This document shows, piece by piece, positions 1 to 9,411 of a DNA stretch of 64,000 nucleotides. Both the position numbers and the translations under genes were made by a program. The notes beneath the pieces are model-generated. The model did no database searches, was not told the DNA's origin, and saw nothing but the letters and a program-made list of their open reading frames with translations. Source of the stretch: Candidatus Bathyarchaeia archaeon (GTDB lineage Archaea > Thermoproteota > Bathyarchaeia > Bathyarchaeales > Bathycorpusculaceae); the NCBI GenBank assembly GCA_049512075.1, contig JBEKXL010000004.1, positions 32,001 to 96,000 on the forward strand, written 5' to 3'. The first letter of the stretch is position 1. Every line of letters starts with the position of its first letter.

Positions 1-575
1 ATCATCCCCATGGCTACGACGTGGCGGTTTTGGCTTATCGGTTCAGGAACGGCTATGTGGTACGGGAAAAGGAATTGCAGGGCCTGGTATTCCCTTTCTG
101 CCGCAAGCCTAGACTGATAAAGCCAACTTGCACTGCGTTGTGTCGAATAGCTTCTTCTTCTGATGATTTGGCGAAAGCTGATTCTGCCTAAGCGATGAAA
201 TTTCACTGCTATGCGCTCGCCATGGGGGTTTAGCGCGTCGTAAACGTCAGCTTCCTTGCCCACGCCCAGCGATTTGCCGAAAGCCTCAAGCACGTTGGCT
301 TTGACCAAACCGTTTATCGCGAGGCAATCATAACCAGCGTAGTTAAGAGTGTAGCCTGTGTAGGCCCCCCGCATTCGGTAGATTAGCCCTAGTCTGCTGA
401 GGCGGTTTATCCGAAAGTCCGTGTCCCGTGCCAAGTCCAGCTTGGTGAATCTCGCTATTTGTTCTTTGGGAACGAATTCATGCTCGCTCATGGCCGTTTC
501 TATAGCTTGGAGGACTCTGAAGTCCTCGTTCTTCAATTCGCGAAACACGCTGACTGCAACATCGGCTGACGACAT
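1..575 (-). CDS. rio2: RIO2-type Ser/Thr protein kinase (5' part, runs off window edge)
   Basis: Manual translation from ATG at 575: MSSADVAVSVFRELKNEDFRVLQAIETAMSEHEFVP...GYTLNYAGYDCLA...LGVGKEADVY...AVKFHRLGRISFR...SRLAAEREY...NRHVVAM, i.e. Rio2 N-terminal wHTH plus kinase motifs. Not in ORF track because it is open at the edge. Confidence 0.9.
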   Translation of the reverse strand, partial: MSSADVAVSVFRELKNEDFRVLQAIETAMSEHEFVPKEQIARFTKLDLARDTDFRINRLSRLGLIYRMRGAYTGYTLNYAGYDCLAINGLVKANVLEAFGKSLGVGKEADVYDALNPHGERIAVKFHRLGRISFRQIIRRRSYSTQRSASWLYQSRLAAEREYQALQFLFPYHIAVPEPISQNRHVVAMGM

Positions 576-642
576 ACATTCTACAGATAGCGCACTTCAT
601 ATTAAAAGCCAGAACGCTGTTACCCGCGTGCAGTTCCTTTTT

Positions 643-1647
643 TTACGTGATTCTCAGCTTTTCCACTTCTTCCTTGCTCAGTCTGACCACCTTCGTCGCC
701 TTGTTTAAGCTGTTCTTTCCAAATCTTACTAAAACTTCAGAGCTTTTTTCGTCCGAATAGTAGGCTGTTAGGCTTGCTGCTTTCTCGATAGCTTCTTTCG
801 TTTTTGTTCCCTGAAGAATCGTGATTGGGCTGCCGCAGTTCGGAACTTCAAAGTAGTAGTCGCTCGGCGATTTCATTTGGACAAGAGCCTTGTTTTCAGA
901 TTCGTTTCTGCCTACGATTATCTTGTTGTCCGTGAATCGGAAATGTCTGCCCAGTTTCAGCAGGGCTATGTCCTTCAGAGTGACTCGTTTCTTGTACTTG
1001 AATAGATCTCTCACCTTGTCTGCATATTCCTTGTAGGTGAGCAAGCAACCTCCTGCAGGGCAAGGGTAATCTGCTATACTGAACACTTTGGCGAGTTCAA
1101 TCTGCTTCTTTCTCGACCTACCATGAACATCCAAGAGCTTCTGGCGGTCTACGAGTCCTCTTTTTTCAATGGACGTTTCTGGAAGCAGTCTCGCTGACAA
1201 AGGCCTCAACACCCTGTTTTTCAGCCCTGCTTCCTCTTCTATCATTTTCAAGGCCTTGAAGTGTTGGCTCATCGGTCTCTCGTCCAGCACTTCGCCCGTG
1301 AAGATGAACGAGGCTCCAGTTTCTCGTGCGTATTTTTTTGCTTTTTTTAGCATGAAGATTCTACAATCGATGCAGGGATTCATGTTCTTTCCGTAACCAT
1401 GTCTCGGTTTTCTAACCACTCTCAGGTAGTCCTCGCCTACACTGACGACTTTCAAGGGTATGCGAAATCTCTCTGCCACTGCTGAAGCTCCACATCCACC
1501 TTTACCGCAAAGGCAGAAGGGAGACACGAAGTTTATTGCCTCAACGCTTATGCCTTGCTCAAGAAGTAGCTTCACCGCTAACGTGCTGTCCAAACCACCT
1601 GACAAAAGTGCAAGAGCTATACCTTTTTTCATTTCAATGCTTAACAA
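643..1647 (-). CDS. ThiI/MnmA-like PP-loop tRNA thiolation enzyme with C-terminal NFACT-R/DUF814-like domain
   Basis: SGGLDS PP-loop, NPCIDCR, TGEVL..RPMSQ, CPAGGCLLT, GRHFR...IVGRN. Confidence 0.75.
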   Translation of the reverse strand: MLSIEMKKGIALALLSGGLDSTLAVKLLLEQGISVEAINFVSPFCLCGKGGCGASAVAERFRIPLKVVSVGEDYLRVVRKPRHGYGKNMNPCIDCRIFMLKKAKKYARETGASFIFTGEVLDERPMSQHFKALKMIEEEAGLKNRVLRPLSARLLPETSIEKRGLVDRQKLLDVHGRSRKKQIELAKVFSIADYPCPAGGCLLTYKEYADKVRDLFKYKKRVTLKDIALLKLGRHFRFTDNKIIVGRNESENKALVQMKSPSDYYFEVPNCGSPITILQGTKTKEAIEKAASLTAYYSDEKSSEVLVRFGKNSLNKATKVVRLSKEEVEKLRIT

Positions 1648-1737
1648 TTTCAGGCCTTTATTTAAACACCTACGGCAGGTAGAGTCATTCGGCGCGCGCG
1701 CTAACTCTGCCTACAGTCCCTGACTCATACATTGAAA

Positions 1738-1868
1738 ATTACTTCTGACATTACAAACAAAAGGGCTGAGTCCACTCTGAACGGTAGTTCAGCCTGTTTT
1801 TCTTCATGGTTTGTAATAATACAGATTACATCTGACATTACAAGTGAAAAAAGGAAGCGACTTTGAAG
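1738..1868 (+). repeat. Dispersed ~130-bp intergenic repeat, copy 1 (inverted relative to 10124-10253)
   Basis: TCTGACATTACAAACAAAAGGGCTGAGTC.ACTCTGAA..TAG...TTTTTCTTCATGGTTTGTAA..AT...ATTACATCTGACA.TACAA.TGAAA...GCGAC.TTGAAG shared with the reverse complement of 10124-10253. Confidence 0.85.
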
Positions 1869-1980
1869 AGCTATGATTCAAAAGGTGTTTCAGCATACTT
1901 GAACTAGCAGCGCGCGCGAGTAAAATCGAGTGCCGCTTGCAAGAGGATTTTCTGCAAGCTAATCGGACAAGATATTGTTT

Positions 1981-2901
1981 CTAAGGGATATGAATCTCCG
2001 TTGCTGTGGCCATTATCAAATAGAAACCTGCCAAACCCTTCCATGTCCCCCATTTCTCGGCGATTTTGCGTGCTTCTTCACTTGAAATTTTCCTATTTCC
2101 GCAATAATAGTGTGAGATTACTCTTCTGAGCCCCAGGTCATCTGCGGGGAACGCTTCCAGCCTCTGCATTCCTCTGACCATAGTCAGCTCGGCTGTCCAA
2201 ATGCCGATGCCCCTTATCCTATCAAGCTCTGCGATGATATCCTTTGCATCTTCGTAATCTTTGAGCTTCTCGAGGCTTAGTTTCCCATCAATTATCATCT
2301 TAGAGACGTCTTTGATGTACTCTGCTTTTTTCTGACTCAACCCACAACTGCGGAGTGTGTGAACGCTTGCAGAAGCGAGCTCTCGCGGGGTCGGAAAAGC
2401 GTGATAGGCTTCTTTGTCCAAGCTGAGCACTTCACCGAAGGATTTGATCAGTCTCTCCTCCATCATATTTGCTATGCTTAGGGAGATCTGCTGTTCAACG
2501 ATCGAGTCGATTAATGCCTCAAAAACTGTTGGGGTTGTCGGGCTTTTCAGGCCTCTCAGTCTGTGAGTCAAATCTGCCATTACGCTGTCCTCTTTAACTT
2601 GCTCGTAGAAGGGTTTGAGATCAAAGTCGAGGTTGAAAAGGGTGCGGATGACTTCTTCAGCCTTCTCTCTGTCACTGTTGGATATTTTTTGATTAGATTC
2701 CAGTTTGATTGGAAGTCTCGGCTGTTCAACCGTTCCCGTAGTTGTAATGCACGCGAGTAGGAGCTTGTCGTTAACTCTTATTACTTGCCAGAACTTTCCG
2801 TTTTCGTATTTTCGAATATGTGAGTCTCCGTCTGAAAAAATCATGGCACTCAGTCTGAAGTCGAAGGGCGGAAGTGGGTTGACTGTTGCGGTTGTGAACA
2901 A
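1981..2901 (-). CDS. alkA: DNA-3-methyladenine glycosylase II (AlkA, HhH-GPD family)
   Basis: FEALIDSIVEQQIS, FPTP, GLSQKKAEYI, HhH IRGIGIWTAE, FPADDLGLRR. Confidence 0.9.
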   Translation of the reverse strand: MFTTATVNPLPPFDFRLSAMIFSDGDSHIRKYENGKFWQVIRVNDKLLLACITTTGTVEQPRLPIKLESNQKISNSDREKAEEVIRTLFNLDFDLKPFYEQVKEDSVMADLTHRLRGLKSPTTPTVFEALIDSIVEQQISLSIANMMEERLIKSFGEVLSLDKEAYHAFPTPRELASASVHTLRSCGLSQKKAEYIKDVSKMIIDGKLSLEKLKDYEDAKDIIAELDRIRGIGIWTAELTMVRGMQRLEAFPADDLGLRRVISHYYCGNRKISSEEARKIAEKWGTWKGLAGFYLIMATATEIHIP

Positions 2902-3138
2902 ATCTTTCCCCTTTTCCGTTCTTTGACTCTTTATACGGTGAGGCTAAAAACGCTTTTCATCGTTGTAACAAGAATGTCCGTGCGAAACTGTGCTTTGCCT
3001 ATTTGAAGGCTATGGTGGCGCTCTAAAGGGCAGCTGCAAAATGAGAATTGAAAGGGAGGCTTCCAAGGGCATGCGCTCTTACATAGAGGATTTTTAAATG
3101 CGAAGGCATGCATAGAGAACGGTGAAGGAGTTGTAACT

Positions 3139-3813
3139 GTGCGAATTGTGCTGAGAGTAGGTGGTTCGGTTGTGGCCTCGCCAGTCAATCCTGAACTGAT
3201 TGGCGAATATGCAGACATGATGAAGGCTATGAGAACGCAAGGTCATCAGGTTGTGGTCGTGGTTGGTGGCGGCGCCTTAGCAAGAGAATTCATAGGTGTT
3301 GCGAGAAGCTTGGGGCTCAGCCAGAAGGATCAAGATGGAATTGCAATATCAGTTTCGAGGATTTTCGCTCAGTTGCTCCTGAAGAGGATTGGGAATTCGG
3401 GTTGCGAGGATGTCTCGCTAAGCGTCGAAGAAGCAGTCCGCTGCACGAGCAAGGGTAAGGTTGCGGTCATGGGCGGTTTGAAGCCGGGAATGACGACGGA
3501 TGCCGTAGCGGCCATGGTAGCTGAAGCGTTGAAAGCAGATTTGCTCGTGAAAGCCACTGATCAGGAAGGCATTTTCGACAAAGACCCTAAAAAACATACA
3601 GACGCGGTGAAGCTTGACCACCTGAGATTTGAGGACTTGACTCGTGTTTGCGTGGAAGATAGGCACAAAGCCGGTATCCATCAAGTCATAGATCCTGAAG
3701 GCATCAAAATCCTGCAGCGCACGAGGGTAAAAGTTGTCGTCGTAAACGGGTTCAATCCCAAAAATGTGCTAACAGCGGTTGAGGGCAAACGTGTCGGAAC
3801 GTTAGTGGACTGA
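3139..3813 (+). CDS. pyrH: Archaeal UMP kinase
   Basis: GGSV, VVVGGGALAR, GGLKPGMTTDAVAA, DGIF.KDPKK-like motif. Confidence 0.9.
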   Translation: MRIVLRVGGSVVASPVNPELIGEYADMMKAMRTQGHQVVVVVGGGALAREFIGVARSLGLSQKDQDGIAISVSRIFAQLLLKRIGNSGCEDVSLSVEEAVRCTSKGKVAVMGGLKPGMTTDAVAAMVAEALKADLLVKATDQEGIFDKDPKKHTDAVKLDHLRFEDLTRVCVEDRHKAGIHQVIDPEGIKILQRTRVKVVVVNGFNPKNVLTAVEGKRVGTLVD

Positions 3814-3893
3814 ACTTGATTTTTTTCGGTTTTGATGTTCTGGAGCATAAATGACGCGGTCGAAATCAACGGGTCAACGCAACAACACTTCCG

Positions 3894-4389
3894 GTGGTAA
3901 ATGAGACTTACACTGGCCATGTTGCTGGTGTTCTCAAAGAAATAGGAGGCTTCGGCGTCGGCGCCGTCGTAATCTGTTCTGGCAACATCTTGCTTGAAAA
4001 AAGAAAGAACGAGCCGGGAAAGGGAAAATGGAGTATCTCCGGCGGCATTGTAGAGTTGGGTGAGGAGGCAGAGCAGACGGCGGTAAGGGAAGTTAGGGAA
4101 GAAACAAACCTCACAGTCGAGAAGCCAGAACTCATAGACGTCGTGGACAACGTGGAACTGGACGAAAATGGAAAGGTCAAGTACCCATTTTGTTATAATC
4201 GACTATCTTGTGCGACTCAAAGGTGGAAGGCTCAAGGCTTCGAGTGATGCTGCGGAACTAAGATGGGTCAGACTGGACAATGTGGAAAACTATGCTCTGA
4301 CTAGGACTTTTCGGGAATTTTTTACTAAAAACTACGAAAGACTAAAGAATTTTGATTCGTGCAAGCGCCAATCAAACCACAAGAACTAG
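3894..4389 (+). pseudogene. NUDIX hydrolase split by a +1 frameshift (possible sequencing error)
   Basis: Nudix box GGIVELGEEAEQTAVREVREETNL in 3894-4247; C-terminus HFVIIDYLV...ASSDAAELRWV in another frame (4168-4389); removing one C from TACCCAT (~4183) gives KVKYHFVIIDY. Confidence 0.8.
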
Positions 4390-4459
4390 GCCGGCTGCAT
4401 TCATGCCTCCGGATGGCACGCGAGTTCCAGAGTGTTGGCAGGTGTTTCCCTTTGTTCGT

Positions 4460-5926
4460 TTATTGATTGGTGGCGGATGTGAAGAAGAGTCTTGTTTCTC
4501 CCATTGTTTTCACGTCCAGAGCCTTGACTCTTGCGACTATTGGAAAGTCCCTCACAGCTCTCCCGAGTGCTAGGCAGTAGTGAGGTGGAAGGTCTCGGGC
4601 GATGGACCTTACTGTCTCAGCGTCCACGCGGGCGGCTCGGGAAACTACGTCCAGATCGTGTTCGTTTGTGAAGTTGAAGAGGAAAATGTTGTCGGCTTGG
4701 CGGTAGATGTTCTCGCGTATGGTGTCGGGCTGGTTGGTTATGAACGTGGTGAAGATTCCGAAGTGACGCATGCGCGTTACGATGTCGTCCCAGTAGGTTT
4801 CACGAAGGTAGAGGTGTGCTTCTTCGGCGAAGAGGAATACAGCCTTGAGTTTCGAGCTGCTCAAAGATTCAACGAGTTTTCCTAGAACGTATTCAACCAC
4901 TATCTGTCGATCAATAGATGAGGTATTTCGGAGGTTCATTATTATGGCGCCGCCGTGGTCTCTGGTCTTAAGCAGGTACTCTTCGAGTGATGTGGCTTCG
5001 GCGATATTGTCCGTGAAAATTCCTGAGTTGACTAGAGCATGGTAGCGTGAGAACAGTGCGTCTCGGACGTGTTGGTTGCAGTTCCAGCTTCGGATTGTTT
5101 CGCCCAACTCATGGAGTGTAAGGTTGTCCCTCTCTTTGAGCGCTATCCATATCCCTCTGAACTCGCGGGCGGACGTTCCTGGCAAGTGAAGTGCGTGTAT
5201 GAGAATCCCGAGCATCACGTGGAGGTTCAACTCTTTGAGGGCCAGTTTGAAGTTTTGGGAAGGCGTCAGGACGTGAATCTTGTCGTAGTTTGCGTTTCTC
5301 TTTCCGTCGCCTGTTAATCCGAGGCTCAGATATTCGCCGTTGAGGTCGAAGACCACTATCGTTGCTTTGTATCCGACCAGGTTTACCATTAGAAGCTTCG
5401 ACAAGTGGGACTTGCCTGTTTCCTTCTTTCCAGTTATTATGTTCAATCTTCCGTCAAGCGACGTGGCGTCAATCGTTAGCAGCGATGAGTCTTTTGTTCC
5501 ACCTATCACTATTGGGAGTTTGCCGTCAATCTTGGCGAGTTTCAGCAGAGTTGGAAGTGGAAGCTTTTTTATCGTCGACTGGGAACGTGAGGGAAGCCAT
5601 GAGCTGCTCGGGTTTAAACCGTCATTCTCGGCTGTTGCACGGATTTTGCAGATGAGTAAACTGGCGTCCTGAATATACGAGATATGTGGGGCAATCTCCA
5701 AGGGGTCAACGTCTTCACCTTTGATTAATTCTTCCCCGTCTGGGAGGCTTCGAAGCAGTTCTTCAAGCACGCCGGGAATGCTGGCAAACTGCACGTCGAT
5801 GACCTGCACGATGAGTGCTCTTCCAGCATCGGCATCCTCGACGAGCAGATAGTCGCCCTTCTCAACTGTCTCACCGGGGAAGCTTAAAATCTGAAGGACG
5901 TTGCCTTCTTTCCTGTAGAGTTTCAT
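4460..5926 (-). CDS. herA: HerA/FtsK-superfamily ATPase (DUF87), HerA helicase-like
   Basis: N-terminal HAS-barrel-like region, Walker A GKKETGKS, VFDLNGEY, Walker B FAEEAH, Arg finger RMRHFG, ITNQP. Confidence 0.85.
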   Translation of the reverse strand: MKLYRKEGNVLQILSFPGETVEKGDYLLVEDADAGRALIVQVIDVQFASIPGVLEELLRSLPDGEELIKGEDVDPLEIAPHISYIQDASLLICKIRATAENDGLNPSSSWLPSRSQSTIKKLPLPTLLKLAKIDGKLPIVIGGTKDSSLLTIDATSLDGRLNIITGKKETGKSHLSKLLMVNLVGYKATIVVFDLNGEYLSLGLTGDGKRNANYDKIHVLTPSQNFKLALKELNLHVMLGILIHALHLPGTSAREFRGIWIALKERDNLTLHELGETIRSWNCNQHVRDALFSRYHALVNSGIFTDNIAEATSLEEYLLKTRDHGGAIIMNLRNTSSIDRQIVVEYVLGKLVESLSSSKLKAVFLFAEEAHLYLRETYWDDIVTRMRHFGIFTTFITNQPDTIRENIYRQADNIFLFNFTNEHDLDVVSRAARVDAETVRSIARDLPPHYCLALGRAVRDFPIVARVKALDVKTMGETRLFFTSATNQ

Positions 5927-7008
5927 GAGTAGCCTTCTCCCTTGCCGAACAATCCAAACAGAAGCCTATGCATGTCTGGCCTGTTGATGATTTGAAGCCC
6001 AAATCTCCTCGTGACGAAATGCTGCATCGCTAGCACTTCATTGGCCGTGAACGTGCACAAAATGTGAGCCAGACGCAGAGTTTCGGGATAGCTTTCCGCA
6101 AACAGGTCGTTTCCTAGGAGTTTTTCAACGGCCTCGATCCGCGGCTCAGGCGGAACTTCTTTATCTATGTCCAGTCTGAAAGCAAGGTTCCCCTTGGTCA
6201 ACCTGGCCACATAAACGTCGCCGAGCAGGACCATTGGGGGCTTGAGCCTCAAGCCTTCTGTCTCAAGCAGAAAGGGAGGCTTATGCTCCGGCAGCAGGTC
6301 TGTTATGCGGTGTCCGTTCACCCTCAGGTTCGTCATTTTCGAAAAGGCTAGAACGACGTTGTCTCCCTTTCTTGCCGTGTCAAGTATTTCTCTCATGCGA
6401 TGCGTTGGAGTTTCAGCGGTTCCCGCTGTTAGTGAACCGTCGAAGAGTATTAGTCCGTTGTTCATGGTTTTCGCGGCCATCGTTTGAAGCCAACGTTCGA
6501 GGAGGCTCGCTATCCGTGTGGGCATCTGGAGAATGCTTGGTGCGCCTTGGTGGCTGTGCTCGTGTAGGGAATTGAAGTACGTTCTTTCCAGCGTTTCGTA
6601 GACTTGTTTCTTGTTTTCCTCGGTGACGTGGAATATGAATGGCCCGAATCGCATGTACCTGTAGCGTCTGTTTTGCTTCCAAACGTTTGCACCCCTGACG
6701 GCTATCACGATGCCCGTGCTTGTTTCGCCAATCTTTATGGTCGACGTGTCCACGGCCGCGACGATTTTTTCCTTGCGGGATGGATTTAGAGGCAATGGTT
6801 CAAGCTTAAGCCTTAGTGTTTCGTTGTGCATGTCTGCGCTGTTGAATTGTTGAACGCTTTGTTGATTTAGTTGAAATGCATGGTCGTGTGCGTGTTTGAG
6901 TGAGTGCAGGCTTAATTCGATGAACTGATGGGGTAATGTTGTGTCCATGGTGGATTGTGGAAAGTTATATTTTGGTGTTGTTGCAATAGGGTATTGTTCA
7001 ATCACCAA
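5923..7008 (-). CDS. nurA: NurA-family 5'-3' nuclease
   Basis: AAVDTS, LFDGSL, AFSK, YPETLRLAH motifs; 4-bp ATGA overlap with herA. Confidence 0.8.
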   Translation of the reverse strand: MVIEQYPIATTPKYNFPQSTMDTTLPHQFIELSLHSLKHAHDHAFQLNQQSVQQFNSADMHNETLRLKLEPLPLNPSRKEKIVAAVDTSTIKIGETSTGIVIAVRGANVWKQNRRYRYMRFGPFIFHVTEENKKQVYETLERTYFNSLHEHSHQGAPSILQMPTRIASLLERWLQTMAAKTMNNGLILFDGSLTAGTAETPTHRMREILDTARKGDNVVLAFSKMTNLRVNGHRITDLLPEHKPPFLLETEGLRLKPPMVLLGDVYVARLTKGNLAFRLDIDKEVPPEPRIEAVEKLLGNDLFAESYPETLRLAHILCTFTANEVLAMQHFVTRRFGLQIINRPDMHRLLFGLFGKGEGYS

Positions 7009-7098
7009 GATTCACCAATAGCCAATTGTTTAGGGAAGGTATATTTAAGTGTTGCGCATGAACAAGATGCGCAATACAATAAACAACAAGGTGAGAGG

Positions 7099-7500
7099 TT
7101 GGTAGACAAAGAAACAAAGCCGCCGATACGAGTAAAAATGAAGATAGGAGAAGTCGAATTCGAAATCGAATGCCAAGAAGACCAGCTGCAGTCGACGGTG
7201 GACAAAATCCTTTCAACAGTAACCGACAAACTAAAAGAAACATCATTGATGACGGAAAGGGCCGCACAGCCGCGTAGGGCAGAAACCTGCAAGGGCATAA
7301 TACAGAAGCTATGGGAGGAAGGCTGGTTCTCCACTGCAAAAGGCCTCAGCGAAGTCCATAGCGAACTGGCAAGACGTGGGTTCCACTACGACCGCACTGC
7401 CGTCGCCCATGCTCTCATAGACCTAGTCAAAGACGGAATACTGACAAGAGAAGGAAAACCACGCAGGTATCAATACGCCCAGAAAAGGCCGCCTCCATAA
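7099..7500 (+). CDS. Hypothetical protein, N-terminal beta-hairpin/helix + C-terminal winged helix
   Basis: Likely TTG start at 7099 after GGTGAGAGG; IRVKMKIGEVEFEIE; C-terminal EVHSELARRG..YDRTAVAHALIDLVKDGILTREG wHTH pattern. Confidence 0.7.
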   Translation: MVDKETKPPIRVKMKIGEVEFEIECQEDQLQSTVDKILSTVTDKLKETSLMTERAAQPRRAETCKGIIQKLWEEGWFSTAKGLSEVHSELARRGFHYDRTAVAHALIDLVKDGILTREGKPRRYQYAQKRPPP

Positions 7501-7595
7501 CCTGCTTCATCCATCAAGTTTTCCCAACATGTCAGGCGAGGCTAGTTTCTGTCGCCTGTTCAGCATCCTGAAAGCAGATTGGAAACACGAAAGGC

Positions 7596-8168
7596 TTAGT
7601 AGTCCATTTTCACCCTGATTCTTGGAATAGTATCCTTCTGCATCTGCATAAGACCGAAGGTTGTGATCCTGTATTTTTCGTCGGGAGTCTTCGCGGCTGT
7701 CTGGTTCTTGACCAGTTCTCCCAGCCGGGTGCTTGCAATCTTTGCGTCTTTGCCGAGCTTGCCCTGCAGTTCCTCTTTCGAAAGCGCGTCTGTTTCAGCA
7801 TTGCCCAGCTGATGGGCAAGGTAACCTGCCAGAAGTAGCAGGCTTAAGGTCTCGTTGTCTGTCAGCTTATTCCTCGGAACAAGCAGGCATGGCCCTTCCT
7901 TCGCAAAAGTGATGATGCCTTCAGAGTCTTTGGCCAGCTTCTGCAGGTCAACGTTCAGCATCAGCTTCTGTGCAACCTCAAAAGACGGCAAGAACTCGTT
8001 GAAAAACCTGTTTAAACTCAACCAAACCGATTCAACGTTTCCAGAAAACTTCTTCTCAACACCCCTATACCTGACCTCCACGGTCAACTCGTCCTTATCT
8101 TCGCCTCTGCGACTCTGAGGAGGCTCGCTTGCGGAGGCGGCGCAGTCTTTACCCAACTTCCATTCCAC
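7596..8168 (-). CDS. Hypothetical protein with C-terminal winged helix
   Basis: LTVEVRYRGVEKKFSG; C-terminal LSKEELQGKLG...STRLGELVK...YRITTFG wHTH pattern. Confidence 0.7.
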   Translation of the reverse strand: MEWKLGKDCAASASEPPQSRRGEDKDELTVEVRYRGVEKKFSGNVESVWLSLNRFFNEFLPSFEVAQKLMLNVDLQKLAKDSEGIITFAKEGPCLLVPRNKLTDNETLSLLLLAGYLAHQLGNAETDALSKEELQGKLGKDAKIASTRLGELVKNQTAAKTPDEKYRITTFGLMQMQKDTIPRIRVKMDY

Positions 8169-8274
8169 CCTGCCAGCTCTGATTGTTGGCGATGGTTAAA
8201 AAGCGTTGTCAAACGCCGTGACGAGGCGATTCAAATCAAGAAAGCATGAACCACGATGCGTTTGCCGAGGCTTT

Positions 8275-8748
8275 TCATTGGCCTATTTTGCTTTTGAGCT
8301 TGTTTAGAACGTCGTCTTCTACCCATCTCTCGCCCTGCATGGTGAGCTTGAACTCGGGTCTGTTCGGGTCCGGCTTGAACACTTGGCCTCTCTTGGTCAT
8401 CTCGTTTAAGCGTGCGGGGACCATGCATTTTATTCCGCTTGATTCTAGAAGCTTCGTTATCTGCGCTGCTGTTCTCTTCTTCCCCTCTGAGGCGTACAGC
8501 GTCAAACCTATTGCTTCATAGTGAGTCAGGTTTTCGCGGGCTATGATGACGGGACCTTCGGTCGTGGACTCAACGATGCCTTTGAGTTGAACGCCTGAGG
8601 GCATCAAACGGTTCTGGACGAAACCTCCAACCTTTTCCACGAAACCTTCGGGGAAAGCCTCAAGAATCTTCAGTATTTCTTGCGGGTTTTCAGCCTCGAC
8701 AACGATTTCGCCGAAGGGCGTCTTAACTCGTACTTCAACCTTGCTCAT
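8275..8748 (-). CDS. Hypothetical protein with C-terminal winged helix (similar to 7596-8168)
   Basis: VEVRVKTPFGEIVVE; GIVESTTEGPVII..ENLTHYEAIGLTL matches GIITFAKEGPCLL..NKLTDNETLSLLL of the neighbour; ARLNEMTKRG...FKLTMQG. Confidence 0.75.
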   Translation of the reverse strand: MSKVEVRVKTPFGEIVVEAENPQEILKILEAFPEGFVEKVGGFVQNRLMPSGVQLKGIVESTTEGPVIIARENLTHYEAIGLTLYASEGKKRTAAQITKLLESSGIKCMVPARLNEMTKRGQVFKPDPNRPEFKLTMQGERWVEDDVLNKLKSKIGQ

Positions 8749-9138
8749 TTGCGCCTCTCCTCAAGCCGAAAGCTTCCTTCTCAGCCAGAAACTCAACAAA
8801 TGGCGACATCTCCCACATTAACCCCTCTTTTTCTTTTCCTATTCATTCCAATGATGGTAATAACGTTTTTGTCCTAACAGGCGTTTTGCGCGTGCCCTTT
8901 TTTTGTTTCGTTCAATGCTCAGGCAAGTATGAGCTTTTTTCTAAGTTCCTGAACTTGATGTCCCTGGACTAAGAGTGCTCCGTGTTGCAAGTGTGACTTC
9001 TGTAACCAGCGCACACCTTCAACGCTATCCATCAATTCAGCAACAAGCACAGAGAAACAGGAGTGGAAACGTCCCAAGCGTCCTAAGCGTCCAGCGTAGT
9101 CCCCTCAGAGCCCGTGACCCGCGCGGGCGAAATGAATG

Positions 9139-9282
9139 CTAGTAAGATTGGCGCGCACTGACTAACTGCCGGAAGCATCGTTCGCATAGGTCCTGTCCAG
9201 ATATTTGAATGATCTCAGAGTCTGAAAGCATCTTTCCGCACCTGTCACAAGCTATTTCCCTCGGAATTGGCGTGCTTCCCAT
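9139..9282 (-). CDS. 47-aa zinc-finger microprotein (CxxC-x17-CxxC)
   Basis: Manual translation MGSTPIPREIACDRCGKMLSDSEIIQISGQDLCERCFRQLVSARQSY; GAGGA just upstream; below ORF-track cutoff. Confidence 0.6.
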   Translation of the reverse strand: MGSTPIPREIACDRCGKMLSDSEIIQISGQDLCERCFRQLVSARQSY

Positions 9283-9411
9283 GTTCCTCACAATTCGGAT
9301 AGGGCCTTTCTAGCGCTTAAACAACATTCCGAGGCCGTCAATATATCAAAGTGCGTTCGTCAGCTGGCGCACGCTCGCGCGCTATCTTAGGAAGACGAAA
9401 CGATGGGAGTG

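Noticed and set aside
1738-1843. Two ~18-bp direct repeats as a mini-CRISPR
   Set aside because: Only two short units, the intervening sequence is conserved between the two loci rather than variable, and there are no cas genes.
9068-9097. Short tandem (A)AGCGTCC repeats as origin/ORB boxes
   Set aside because: Too short, no ORB-like G-string, no cdc6/orc1 nearby.
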